This document shows positions 1 to 12,975 of a DNA stretch of 64,000 bases, piece by piece. A program made the translations under genes and the position numbers. Source of the DNA: Octopus vulgaris (Eukaryota); contig OX597829.1 in NCBI GenBank assembly GCA_951406725.2, forward strand, positions 3,534,001-3,598,000, written 5' to 3'. Below the pieces are notes generated by a model, which searched no databases, was not told where the DNA came from, and saw only the letters and a list, made by a program, of their open reading frames with translations. Within the stretch, counting starts at the first letter, position 1. Every line of letters starts with the position of its first letter.

Positions 1-1329
1 TGTCCAGTTTATAGCTCCCTTGTAAGTTTGTGCTGGATCTAATTCTCTTAGTTTCCTTTATCTAGCAAGATTGTTCTTAATTATCCTCTCTTCAAGGCAG
101 CGAGCTGCCAGAAATGTTAGCATGCTGGGCGAAATGCTTAGCAGTATTTCGTCTGTCTTTGCGATCTGAGTTCAACTTTGCCTTTCATCCTTTTGGGGTC
201 AATAAATTAAGTACCAGTTGCATACTGGGGTCAATCTAATCGACTCCCCCCCCCCCCAATTTTTTTTTGGGGGGGGGCGCTTGTGCCTAGAGTAGAAAAG
301 AATTATCCTCTCTTCAATGCTGCCTTGCAGCACTTTTATCTGAATGTCATGTCAGTTCCTCCATTAAATCCATGTACTTTCTCCGGCAGTGTTTCTAGTT
401 GTTTATCATCTCCAGCTTACAACTAGAGATTGTAATCTCATTTATATGAGATTGCTGATTGGCCTCCTATGGCATTTATATCCAAGTGCAGTCCTGACAG
501 AAAAAAAAAAAAAAAAGGTAACACTGACTTCAGCAGGATTTGAACTAACTAAATAGTGCAAAGCATTTGGTCCAGAACCGATAATGATGGACAAAATACC
601 CAGCAGTATTAAATCACAGGCATTTATGTTCTGAATTCAGCTATACCTCACATCCTTCCAAAGCTGATAAAATGAAGCATCAGTCCACATGCTTCATTCA
701 TTGCTTGGACTGTGTGCTTATGTTTTTGCTTTACTGATGTGTGGGCCTTAAGATAAGCAGCTGCTATCATGTGGGCAATGCACCATGCTATTAGCCAAAT
801 CTTCAAAAATAAGATGACATGCTTTCCTTTGGCAGGGAAGGTTTGGATAGTCCTCCTCTTACTGGTGGGTACAGTAAAGGGAAATGTGGGGTGATTGTAA
901 TAAAAAATTTGAAGACAGACTTTTTAGTTTCTGGCCAGCCTTCAACAAGATTTTCAAGTGCCACTTGATGAGAATTTGAGAGTGGAGAGAAGAGTTGTGT
1001 GTTTTCAGTGAGTTTTACAAAAAGGTGTGTGAGACTGATGAGCTTCAATGGACCCGTTCCGATTATACATTCCTTAACAGGAGGAAAGATAGATGAAAAA
1101 TAATTGTTTTGATACCTTTTGTAGTTAGAATTATCCAGGACCTGTGGGACACCATGATTGTTGTCTTTGGGTGATTGTCCCACTTTAAGGACATTTTAAA
1201 CAATTTGTGTTACTGTGCATACTTTCAACAATTTATCATCATTATCAGTGCAACCACCACCACCACCACCACTACTGCAACCCCTTCTAGAAAGTTACAC
1301 TACTTTTACTGTTTTAGAGGTGATTTCTG

Positions 1330-1744
1330 GGATCTTTTCAGTTTGAACGGCAGTTTTTTCTAGTGGTGTCATATGAAATTGTCACCCATAATTATGACCC
1401 TAGTATCGATCTATTGCATTTCAATCTCTTTTAGATTTAGGGTTAGGGGTGGGGGTGGGGGGAAGGGTATCTTTTTTTCTTAACAAATGTAAATAAACCC
1501 AATCTGTTTCTTAAACGAGGAACATATTCATACGGCACAGAATGTTGTTTACGTCAATGGACGTCATTGATTGGTTGAAATTGAAGAAAACAAAACAACA
1601 AATATCTTACAAACTATGGAATTTTCTCAATAAAGCCAAGAGAAAAAGATGTTTTATAAACACATTCTACCAGTATACGAAGTTTAAAATTTTTTAGTTA
1701 CGTAGAAATTATGTTAGAAACTGTCATTCAAACCAAAAAGATCC
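1330..1744 (+). mobile_element. Merlin-like MITE (~410 bp), copy 1
   Basis: ~28-bp TIRs GGATCTTTTC(G)GTTTGAACGGCAGTTTT; perfect 8-bp TSD GATTTCTG. GG termini with an 8-bp TSD suggest the Merlin superfamily (inference). Confidence 0.9.
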
Positions 1745-2001
1745 GATTTCTGAGTTTTTGGAGAACTGTGGTCAGTGCCAAAACCTGCTTTCTTTAGTTC
1801 TTGCTGATTTCTCATCACATCCCCCACAAATAATAATACCCTTGGAAAAGGGAATAAAACCACACTGCTCTTTTTTTTTTTTTTTTTTTGCCCTCTGATG
1901 AATTAACACTTTCTGTGCACATATGAGCATGTGTATAGAAAAGAAGTTAGTTTTGTTACAGCTTACAATTATATATATCTACTTTCTTTTTTTCCTTTTA
2001 G

Positions 2002-2097
2002 GCAAAAGTGCTTTAAGCCAGCTTACACCACACATTAAGCAACAGCTACAATATCAGCAAATTCAACGAAGAACTCTCCAAACACAGAAAGTTCCGA
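2002..2097 (+). CDS. Penultimate coding exon of an unidentified Gln/Thr-rich protein (gene enters from the left of the window)
   Basis: Polypyrimidine tract plus AG at 2000-2001 and GTAAGT donor at 2098; 96 nt, phase 1/1; encodes (G)KSALSQLTPHIKQQLQYQQIQRRTLQTQKVP and splices in frame to 5910. Confidence 0.8.
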
Positions 2098-3340
2098 GTA
2101 AGTTCAATTCACTTTATTATTTTATTTCTTACACATGAAACAGTGTCTACTAAATTTAACTAATTTAGATGGTCAACACCTACTAAAATAGGAATGGGTT
2201 GGGCAAAGTTCAGAGAGCTTCTTCCTTGGTAACTAAAAGCCCCTCTCTCAGAGTAAAAAGCAGATTGTATGATGCTTGTGTGCAAACAGCCATGCTACAT
2301 GACAGTGAAACATGGGCTGTGACTGCAGAGGATTTGTGAGGGCTTGAAAGAAATGAAGATGGTATGCTTCACTGGATGTGCAATGTCAGTGTGCATATAT
2401 GACAGTGTAAGTGATTTGAGAGAAGAACTGGGTAGAAGAGGCATCAGATATGGTGTGCAAAAGAGAAGACTGTGCTGGTTTGGTCATGTGATGCGTATGG
2501 ATGAAAACAGCTGTGTAAAGAAGTACTGATCTCTAATAGTGGAGGGAACATGTGGAAGAGGTAGACCCAAGAAGACATGGGATGAGGTGGTGAAGCATGA
2601 TCTTTGGCTGTTGGGCCTCATCAAGGTGATGACAAATGATCAAGACCTTTGATGATTTGCTGTGTTTCGGAAGATTTGTCAAACCAAGTAAAGTCGTAGT
2701 CGTGGACAGTGTCAGGGACATGTAAAAAGTACCTGTGCTGCTGACACATAAAAGCACCAAGCTTAAGAATAAAGTAAGTTCTGGGGCTCAATTTGTTTGC
2801 CTAAAATCCTTCAAGGCTGTGCCCCAGCATGGCCACAGTCTAATGACCGAAACAAGTGAAAGATTAAAAGATATATCAAACAATATATATTCTGGATATT
2901 AATTTAGGACGTGATGAAATATTTAGATTTAAAACTTTACAACTGATGCCTTTCTTTGCTAGAACCACAAGTGGTGGTCTCGTATGAATTGTTATTGAAA
3001 GGATTAAATTGGTGTTTTGATCATAACTTTACAAAATCTTCTAACATATAGGTTTTAATATAAATGTAGAAAATTAAAACAGATGGTTTTTATGATAGAA
3101 TCAGAAGGGGTGGTCTCAGTTGGATTGGTATTGAAATGATTAAGATGGCATTTGGAACATAAACTGTTCTGACATAGAACTGTAACAGGTTTTAATTTAA
3201 TCACGGACAATTTAAAACCTGATTTATATGACAGAACTAGACATGACGGTTTCAGGTGGATTATGAAATGGTTGGGAATTAATTAGTCATTAAAATAAAA
3301 AAGGTTTAAATATTTAACCCTTTGGCATTCAAATTACTCT

Positions 3341-5206
3341 CAGACGCCACCAATTCTATGACGCCTTTGCAGACTACCTCGTTGACGAACGACAGAGACC
3401 TTCTCTTTGTGGCTGGTGATTTCAATGGGCATGTTGGAAAACATGCTGAGGGCTTCCATGGTGTACATGGAGGCTATGGATATGGTTCCCGCAACGAGGA
3501 GGGAACCAGGCTCCTGGAGTTCTGCAACGCAGATGATCTCATGGTTTGCAACACTAACTTCAGGAAACCTACCAGCCACCTAGTCACCTACCGATCGGGT
3601 CGACATACCAGCCAAATTGACAACATCCTTGCCAGGAAAAGGGAAAGATGGCTGCTTATAAATGCCAAAACCTTCCCAGGCGAAGAATGTACCCCACAAC
3701 ATAGACTGGTAGTTAGTGACTTTAGGATCAGGACTAAGAGGACGACCAGAAGATGACCAACATAGAGAAGAAGGATCTGGAAGCTTAAAGATCCTGCAAA
3801 TGGACAGAGATTTAGGGACATATTACTTGAAACCTTTGACGAAGTAGAAGGGGATAGAGCATCACAGGGGGTAGAAGACAACTGGACGTTTCTAAGGGAC
3901 AACCTGCATGAGAGCCACTGACCAGATCTGTGGCTGGTGCAAAGTCCCCTCTCGACCTAGAATAATGTGGTGGTGGAACAATGTTGTAGACAGGGCTATT
4001 AGAGAAAAGAGACAGGCTTGGAAGGACTGGAAAAATGGGGGTAGCAGGGAATTGTATCAGACTGCCAAAAGAGAAGCTAGGAGACAGGTTTATTTAGCCA
4101 GAGGGGAAGCAGATAAGAAAAAATTTGCCAATGTTCTGCGCCGTGAGGACCAAAGACTTGAGGTATTTCGCGTTGCAAGACAGTGTGTGAGAGAGAATCG
4201 TGATGTGGTAGGAGAGAAATGTGTTCGCATGGATGATGGTTCACTTGCGCTAAATGAGGATGCAAAGAGAGAGGCCTCTCGCTCAGAGTAAAAGGTAGAC
4301 TGTATGATGCTTGTGTACGAACAGCCATGCTACATGGCAGTGAAACATGAGCCGTGACTGCTGAGGATATGCGTAAGCTCGCAAGAAATGAAGCCAGTAT
4401 GCTCCGATGGATGTGTATTGTCAGTGTTCATACTCAACAGAGTGTAAGTACCTTGAGAGAGAAGTTGGACCTAAGAAGCATCAGTTGCGGTGTGCAAGAG
4501 AGACGTTTGCACTGGTATGGCCATGTGGCGAGAATGGATGAAGATAGTTGTGTGAAAAAGTGCCACACCCTAGCGGTTGAGGGAATCTGTGGAAGAGGTA
4601 GACCCAGGAAAACCTGGGATGAAGTGGTGAAGCACGACCTTCGAACTTTAGGTCTCACTGAGGAAATGACTAGAGACCGAGACCTTTGGAAGTATGCTGT
4701 GCGTGAGAAGACCCGGCAGGACAAGTGAGACCATCACTCATGGCCTCTGTCCACTTATGCATACCTTTCCTTCTTGGGACACAAAACTCTACTTGTGAAG
4801 ACCTGTTGAGGCAAGTGAAAATCAAAAAAGGAAAAAATCAAAAATCAAAATCGATCAACATGAATGGAAATTGTCGCTATGATATCAGTACTGGTGGCAC
4901 ATAAGAGAACCATCCAAACGTGGCTGTTGCCATGCCGCCCTGACTGGCTTCCGTGCTGGTGGCACGTAAAAAGCACCATCCGACCGTGGCCGTTTGCCAG
5001 ACTTGTCTGGCACCTGTGCAGGTGGCACGTAAAAAGCACCCACTACACTCATGGAGTGGTTGGCGTTAGGAAGGGCATCCAGCCGTAGAAACATTGCCAG
5101 ATCAGACTGGGCCTGGTGCAGCCTTCTGGCTTCTCAAACCCCAGTTGAACCGTCCAACCTATGCTAGCATGGAAAGCGGATGCTAAACGATGATGATGAT
5201 GATGAT
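3341..5206 (+). mobile_element. RTE-clade LINE, 5'-truncated, with an internal deletion removing the RT domain
   Basis: APE endonuclease motifs (GDFNGHVG, SQID, QHRLV); C-terminal RLHWYGHVARM...GRGRPRKTW...DRDLW; repeat-containing 3' UTR; (GAT)n tail. Confidence 0.93.
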
Positions 5207-5371
5207 TTATTCACATTGTTTTGAATTAATTATGCATTTTCTTGAAGCTTCAGGATTTTGATGATGCGATTATTTATTTTTAGGATGATATTGTAATATA
5301 GGTGTGACAAGCTGGATCTGGTTAGTTTGAACATAAAACAGGTAGAATATTTGGGCTGGATATGGCTAAAG

Positions 5372-5784
5372 GGATCTTTTCGGTTTGAACGGCAGTTTTT
5401 TCTAGCGGTGTCATATGAAATTGTCACCCATAATTATGACCCTAGTATCGATCTATTGCATTTCAATCTGTTTTAGGGTTAGGGGTGGGGGGAAGGGTAT
5501 CTTTTTTTTCTTCACAAATGTAAATAAACCCAATCTGTTTCTTAATCGAGGGACATATTCATACGGCACAGAATGTTTTCACCTCAATAGACATCACTGA
5601 TTGGTTGAAATTGCAGAAATTGAAGAAAAAAAAGCAACAAATATCTTACAAACCATAGAATTTTCTCAATAAAGCCAAGAGAAAAAGATGTTTTGTAAAC
5701 ACATTCTACCAGTATACGAAGTTTAAAAGTGTTTAGTTACCTCGAAATTATTTTTAAAAACTGCCGTTCAAACCAAAAAGATCC
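5372..5784 (+). mobile_element. Merlin-like MITE, copy 2
   Basis: Same TIRs; 8-bp TSD GGCTAAAG. Confidence 0.92.
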
Positions 5785-5909
5785 GGCTAAAGGGTTAAAT
5801 GCTAAAAGGCTAGAATATTTATCTGTTAGAATTGTGCCTAAATTTAATAAATGTAATTGTTCCTTGTAAATTTACCTGTATTCTCACTGATCTTTTTCTT
5901 TCTTTCCAG

Positions 5910-6715
5910 TTGCTGGTAAAACTGCTCTTTCTCTTGGAACTACATCTGCAGTACAGATCATTCCAACGTCGAAATCTTTCACAGTTCACCAACTGAATCA
6001 GATGATGAAAGGTCAGCCTATTATTACAACAACCCAACCAACCATTATTGCAGCTATGAACCAAGGACAATCAGCCGGTCCTCATATGGTGACTAAAGTT
6101 ACGTTACCAACAGGTTCAACAACTTCTCAGATACAGACAATTGCTGCTTCTCCAATTAATATAACACAGGGCTCTGCTGTAGCCACTGCCCTTCCTACTA
6201 GCACCCGAACTGTAAGCACCTTAGCTCAGAACACTCCTACTGTTGTGAAAACAACATTAGCACATGATACAGGGGTTCAGGTACACGCTGTACACACAAC
6301 TCTAGCTCAAGCCACAAAGCTGACTACACTGTCTCCATCGGTGGTAACCCAGGCTCTACAGTCGTCTCAGATAAGTAATCAGTCTCTACAGCAATTACAA
6401 ATGACATTAGCTGGACACGTGCAGTCAAATGCTATTGTGGCTTCTACTACGCAACCATCTGTCCTCTCTACTGCTGTTACAATGACACCGACAACACAGA
6501 CTATACACCACTCACCACTCACGGGAGCGGCTGTCGTCAGCAGCCAACCTGTACAACAGCAACAACCTCAGCAACAACAACAACAACAGCAGCAGCAACA
6601 ACCCCAACAGCAACCACAGCAACAACAAACACAGACTCTACAACAGAATATCCTTTCACAACAAGCTCAATCTTCTCAACAGCAACAGCCACAAACACAG
6701 CAGCAGCAGCAACCT

Positions 6716-6753
<38 letters not shown>

Positions 6754-6814
6754 GCAGCAGCAGCAGAAATCGTCTCACTATGCTATGAGAACACGCAATA
6801 CACCTAAACATTAA
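5910..6814 (+). CDS. Terminal coding exon of a Gln/Thr-rich low-complexity protein with polyQ tracts (possibly an EP400/domino-like chromatin regulator C-terminus; identity unconfirmed)
   Basis: Acceptor tttctttccAG at 5908-5909; open frame (I)AGKTALSLGTTSAVQII...QQQQKSSHYAMRTRNTPKH*; AATAAA at ~6928 and ~7126. The identity is a guess from composition only. Confidence 0.85.
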
Positions 6815-7010
6815 CATATTCTATTAAAACAATTTGAATTGAAAAAAGCAGGAATTTGCATGTGTTAGTTTGCAAATTAATCTGGATTTTAAGTTCATTA
6901 AATTTTGAATTTAGATTTCAAGAGAAAAATAAAAGACTGGTAAATAATTGTGTGTGTGTGTGTGTATATACTTACATACATACATGCATACATATATATA
7001 TATGTGTATA

Positions 7011-7047
<37 letters not shown>

Positions 7048-10000
7048 CTTAATTGTTTGAAGTTTATATATTGTACATTTTCTTGTAATGTTGGTCTGTA
7101 TATTTCATAGATTAAAATAGAGTTAAATAAAACTGTGTGTGTGCTTGTATTTCATCAGTTCATGGCTGTATTTTAGGATTTTAGTATTGTGTGGCTTGAT
7201 GGTAACCTACCAGCATTTTGAAGTTGAGACATGAGGGTGACATAAAGCTAAGAGATACTAGCTCATTTCTTTTCGTCTACTATTTTCAGTTCCACTGCAA
7301 CAGTCTTGTATGTCTCACAATTTCAAATGAAGCACCTTTTGATCAGGTTACTTTATTACTTAAATGTTAGGAACTATAAAAAGACAATCTCAGTGGTACC
7401 TTGTATTTTTCAATTACTTTTCTTGCCTACTACGTAAATCTTTTTGGCAGGAATATAGCCTGCATGCGAATGTCATGTCTTAAGCATTCTACATGAGTCT
7501 ACTGTATCAGTATAGCTAGATATTTGCTGGGAGCACAGCTCAAATTCTGATATCATTATGTCTTGCCAATTAGCTTTAAAAATATGTTTTAAGTAAGTTC
7601 TATTGAAATAGTTTAATCTTTTGGTAAAACATTATTATTCAGTTCATATTTTTGCTGTTGGAGGAAAATGGAAATTTTTATAGTTCTGTATAGTTTCAGC
7701 TCATATTTCTTGTGTTTCAGATATTGATGTGTTAATCTGACAAATGATGAAGTTTTGTGACAATTTGTTGCTATGACAGATAGCATTGTTGACCACATGA
7801 AATCTCTGGCCATTATGATACTGGGATTTCCTAGACTCAACTTATTTGTCAGTGATGAAAGACAGGGTGATCACCACATATTTTACTGACCATTTTACCA
7901 TTCTTCCATAGGCAGACAGTCTTTTACAGTATTGCTACTTGTCACTGTTCTTTGTAATCTTTGAGGACCTTCAGAAATCAATTTTCAATGCTTTCTTCCA
8001 TGTTTCTCCACTTTTCCTTCTTCTGCAAGTTCCAGCCGTTTCAAAAAATTTTATTACGTCTTCATGCAGCTCTCATCCTTGATACACATCACAAGTCTGT
8101 ACCAGTGCAGTCTACTGTCTTCTCTCTTTCACACTAGTACTAGGTCATCAGTAAACAGAGTTCCCACAGATGTTTTCTCTTAAACTTCTGTGTTATAACT
8201 AATACAGAATAAAGAACATAATAAACAGGAAACAGCTGGAAATTAATTCAAATGACCCCTACCTGCACGTTAACTTTTATTTGTGCATTCATTGCTAACT
8301 CTCACTTTCTTCACTGCACTCTGTACATAGCAGCTTCCAGAGCCCACACAAACCTTTTATCTGCCTCTAGTTTCCTTAGTAACCATGAAACTCTGTCAGA
8401 GGCCTCTTCTAGCTTGATGAACAGTAAGTACATTTGAAGTTGTCCCTCTCAGAAGTGAGTATTGATGCTATCTTCTGGCACGTAAGCAAACTGCACTTCA
8501 TCTTTGCTAATTTTGTTCCTATTCAGTTGTATTATATTTCTTCTGGCAGCTTTCACAACCTGGTCCATCAGTTCAATGTCTATATAGTTTCCACTTTTCT
8601 ATAGCTTGCACCCTGAGGAAATGTTTGATCAAATTTTGCACCCCATACAAAAGTAATTTCACTTTTGAAAACAGAAAAAGAAAAAGCAATTTTCTTAATA
8701 ACTATTTTTTTTTTTCCTGAAGTCGAATCAGATACAGTAGTGTGGGTGGACGAACTGAACTTAAAATAAGGTTTTGGTTCAGCACATAAAATGTAAATGT
8801 AATCAGAAGAAAAATGTAAACAACAGTGAAATCAATCACAATTGTGGACATAAAATTCAATCACTTCTTTATTTGCATTTCTCAGTCAAGTACATCAACA
8901 TCAAAATAAATATCAAATGGAAATTGTAGTTGTGATACCTGTGCCGGTGGCATGTAAAAGGCACCATCTGAACGTGGCTGATGTCAGCGTCATCTTGACT
9001 GGCTTCTGTGCCGGTGGCACGTAAAAAGCACCAACCAATCATGGCCACTGCCAGCCTCCCCTGGCACCTATGCCGGTGGCATGTAAAAAGCACCCACTAC
9101 ACTCATGGAGTAGTTGGCGTTAGGAAGGGCATCAGGTTGTAAAAGCACTGGCTTACCAGACCCCGGTCAAACCGTCCAACCCATGCTAGCATGGAAAACG
9201 GACGTTAAACGATGATGAAGATGACTTTATCAAAACACGGGACTTTCTTCCAGATTGTGGTCTACAGGTTTGACTGTGGATTCAATAAGTTTCTAGAATT
9301 TGTCTCGATTTACGAAAGAGAACATAATCACGCAAAATATGTAGTAAACAGAATGAAGACACAACCATTGGTCTTAATGTTAAATCTACAGATGTAGAAT
9401 AATAAAAATTTTAATGTGTGCTTAATAGAAAAAGTATTTTTCAGAGTTACTTTTATTCCAAAAAGTGATTTTAATAAATTACACACTTGCCCTTTTTGTG
9501 TACCTCCCACTGCCCCACCAGATGCCAAGCTATACTCCAGGGGTGCAGGTACCCCAGGTCAAGGACTTCTGTGCTAGTTCATCTACTTCATCCTTGTAGC
9601 AATTGATGATGATGATACTGCTGTGCTAAGTCATGATATGAATGGTATGACATCTTCCTGTATTACCTTATTTTTTTATGTGAATAAGCTGTCACCTTTT
9701 GTTGGTGATAATGATTAGAAGATCATTACTGTGTGTGTGTGTGTTGTACTTCTTTGAATCTCTAACTGGTCACAGTGTCTTTTCCCTTCCTTTTTCTTTT
9801 TTCAGATCATCTTATGTCTGTGGATCTGTTTAGCTTTTAATCACTAAACTATGTTCTTTGTTACGTTCTTCACCAAAGAGCTACTTAACATTTACAATTG
9901 CATGTGTTTCTATATATTCTCAATTTTATAAAGTTCAGTATTTTAAACTCCTAAGACAATCTTGGCCAAAAAATCAGGGATTATAAACAGTTCTAACGTC

Positions 10001-11906
10001 TCAATTTTGTTTCGGTTCTTGCCTGAATTCATGGAATTAGTCTTCTGGAGATTATGAACTTAATAATCCATACTTGCTCTTATTATTCCATAAGTTGGCT
10101 CTTCTCATAATATTGAAAGTCTTTATTAAGTTTTGTGCATGAAGGGAGTTTCTTTGAACAACTGGAAGATCTATTGCTTCTCCACAAAGAAGAAATAGCT
10201 GCTGGGTTTACCAATCAAATCTGAACCAGTTTTCATGTATATCTCACTTGGAATCTGACTAGAGAATAGAGAAACCATTTTTGAGCGAGTACCAAGGTTG
10301 AGAGACATTCAGTGCCATTGTTAATGGCAACTGAAGAGAAAGTTTGTTAAAAGCACTGATATTGAAATGTCTACCGTTGTATAAATCTTGTCAATGATCA
10401 ACTATGTTCTTTGTTTACATGGTACAGAATGTGATGGTCTTCTTTGCAACATGGAACCATAGACTGCTCTCAATGGTATCGTGCGTAATTTTCGTGTTTT
10501 ATGTCCTGCCAATTGTCTTGAATCTAGTAGAGATTCCATTTATACAGGTCTGTCAGGAGATGAGTTGCACTACTACAGAGTTAAGGTAGCTGAAAGTCAT
10601 GGAACATCAATTCAGTTCCATTACTGTTCCATGATTTTCTGTCAAGAGTGACATTTTCACCAAAGTTGCCTGTCTTGTTGGTTTGCTGTGTCAGTTATCT
10701 ACCCATGTCATTGTAGGCCTTGGATGATTCTGTGAACAGGAGGAAGAAGCTTTACATTGCTCCAGCTTGGATTAGTTTTTGTCAGTGTTCTGAGTATTAT
10801 GAAATTTGAAAAGAAATTACTACTAGATCATTCTATGATACTATAAAATTGTCAGTACATCATTGTTTTAACATTCACTTTTTGATGCTTGCCTGGGGCA
10901 GATTTATTTATGGCTGGATGCCTTTCCTGTTGCTAACCCTTGACCATCTCCAAATAAGGTAATAAACATCTCCCCATGGTCAAACATATTTATGCAGAAT
11001 ATTGGAAATGAATGAAGTTCATTTACAACAGTCAAGACAAAGGGACAAACATATACCTCTCATGTATTTATATCACTGAAGTGGTTAGGGTTAGGAAGGG
11101 CATTCAGCTGTAGACGCCATGACAAAGTATACAATGGAGCTTGGCACAGTCCTTTGGCTTGTCTGCTCCTGTTGAACCATCCAACTCATGCCATCATGGA
11201 AGATCTATGAATGAATGAATGCATATATTTATATGTGTATGACAAGCTTTTTTCTGTTTCTGTCGACCAAATCCACCTGAGGTTTTGATTGTCATTTGTC
11301 AAAGTTGCTACGCTGGAATTGAACCCAAAACCGTATAGTTTGAAAGCAACTATATGGTTTTGGCAAGGTGGCAGAAACGTTAGCACGCTGGGTGAAATGC
11401 ATAGCCGTATTTCGTCTGCTGTTACATTCTGAGTTCAAATTCCACTGAGGTCAAATTTGCCTTTCATCCTTTTGGGTCGATTAATTAAGTACCAGTTACG
11501 CACTGGGGTTGATGTAATCGACTTAATCCGTTTGTCCCCTCTGTGTTTAGCCCCTTGTGGGCAATAAAGAAATACATATAGTTGGAAAGCAAACTTAGCC
11601 ATACAGCTACACTTGCTATTTACCTGCCTCCTAATTAGAAATTAGCAAAATAATAAGGAACAAATTAACACTTCAACAGAACTTTTCCCATGGTGGAACA
11701 ATGGTTTTCAACAAATTAATATTTGATTTATGAAAACACAAAAGTTGATCTCAGATTCAATGCACTCAAAGAAAAATACAGGAAAAAAAGGGTTCTCCAG
11801 CATAGCTGCAGTCAAATGACTGAAACAAGTAAAAGAATAAAGCAGCAGGAGGGGGAGGGGTGATGGGTTGCTTCTTTTCCTCTTTTTAATGTGTATAAGA
11901 AAAATG

Positions 11907-12319
11907 GGATCTTTTTGGTTTGAACGGCAGTTTTATCTAGCAGTGTCATATGAAATTGTCACCCATAATTATGACCCTAGTATCGATCTATTGCATTTCA
12001 ATCTGTGTTAGGGTTAGGGTTGGGGGGGAAGGGTATCTTTTTTTCTTCACAAATGTAAATAAACCCAATCTGTTTCTTAAACGAGGGACATATTCATACG
12101 GCACAGAATGTTTTCACCTCAAATAGACGTCATTGATTGGTTGAAATTGCAGAAATTGAAGAAAAAAAACAACAAATATCTTACAAACTATAGCATTTTC
12201 TCAATAAAGCCAAGAGAAAAAGATGTTTTATAAACACATTCTACCAGTATACGAAGTTTAGAATTTTTTAGTTACCTAGAAATTATTCTAAAAAACTGCC
12301 GGTCAAACCGAAAAGATCC
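11907..12319 (+). mobile_element. Merlin-like MITE, copy 3
   Basis: Same TIRs; 8-bp TSD GAAAAATG. Confidence 0.92.
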
Positions 12320-12824
12320 GAAAAATGTATTTCAGTGAAGGGAGTTTGTGTAACAAGAACAGTCACTTACAAAAAAGGAAATAAATCATTCTTGTTACAA
12401 GTGATAGTTTGGGGAATAAGATGCTGAGAAATTCATGCTAGAAATAGCAGCCAATAAACATGTCAACTTAAGCTACAATGACAAAGTTCAAAATAAATAG
12501 CAAAAAAAAAAAATCAAGTCAAAACCATGTTTTACTAAAATGGGTTAAAAATCTAGAAAGGATTGTCTTCCCTGATAGCAAAGATTCAAAACTTATTTAA
12601 GAGTTATTTCCCTTAGTGGTCATGGGAAATAACTCTTAAATAAGTCTCGTGATCGCATTTTTGTCTTCCTTAATTTATGGTAAGAACTTCAGGCCTCGTA
12701 TACTATGTAATCTCTTACATGCTACATATTCTAGAATTCTATATACAGAGCATTACCTGTATGATATGCATCTCCATTGTCGGGTCTAAATCGTTTTAAA
12801 GTCCATAATTCCAGATATAAAACC

Positions 12825-12975
12825 TTGGAGGATGCAGAGGCGTTTGCACGGTACCGCAAGCGATGGAGAGCATTGGTGGAACTGGTCGGCTCTACGCATG
12901 ACGGCGCCTTTGAGACCCCTAATTTGCAATGACCCCAGCCCCATTAAGTATGAGCATGAAGCCAAGCCAAGCCAT
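12825..12975 (+). mobile_element. 3' end of a second RTE-like LINE family with a (GCCAA)n tail
   Basis: EDAEAFARYRKRWRALV-type C-terminus followed by gccaagccaagcc. Confidence 0.55.

Noticed and set aside
803-1183. 126-aa minus-strand ORF
   Set aside because: No recognisable motif or splice context; lies in an intron of the + strand gene; probably decayed TE or chance.
4885-5040. Repeat-spacer-like pattern resembling a CRISPR array
   Set aside because: Eukaryotic LINE 3' UTR modules with the same 'spacers' in every dispersed copy; no cas genes.
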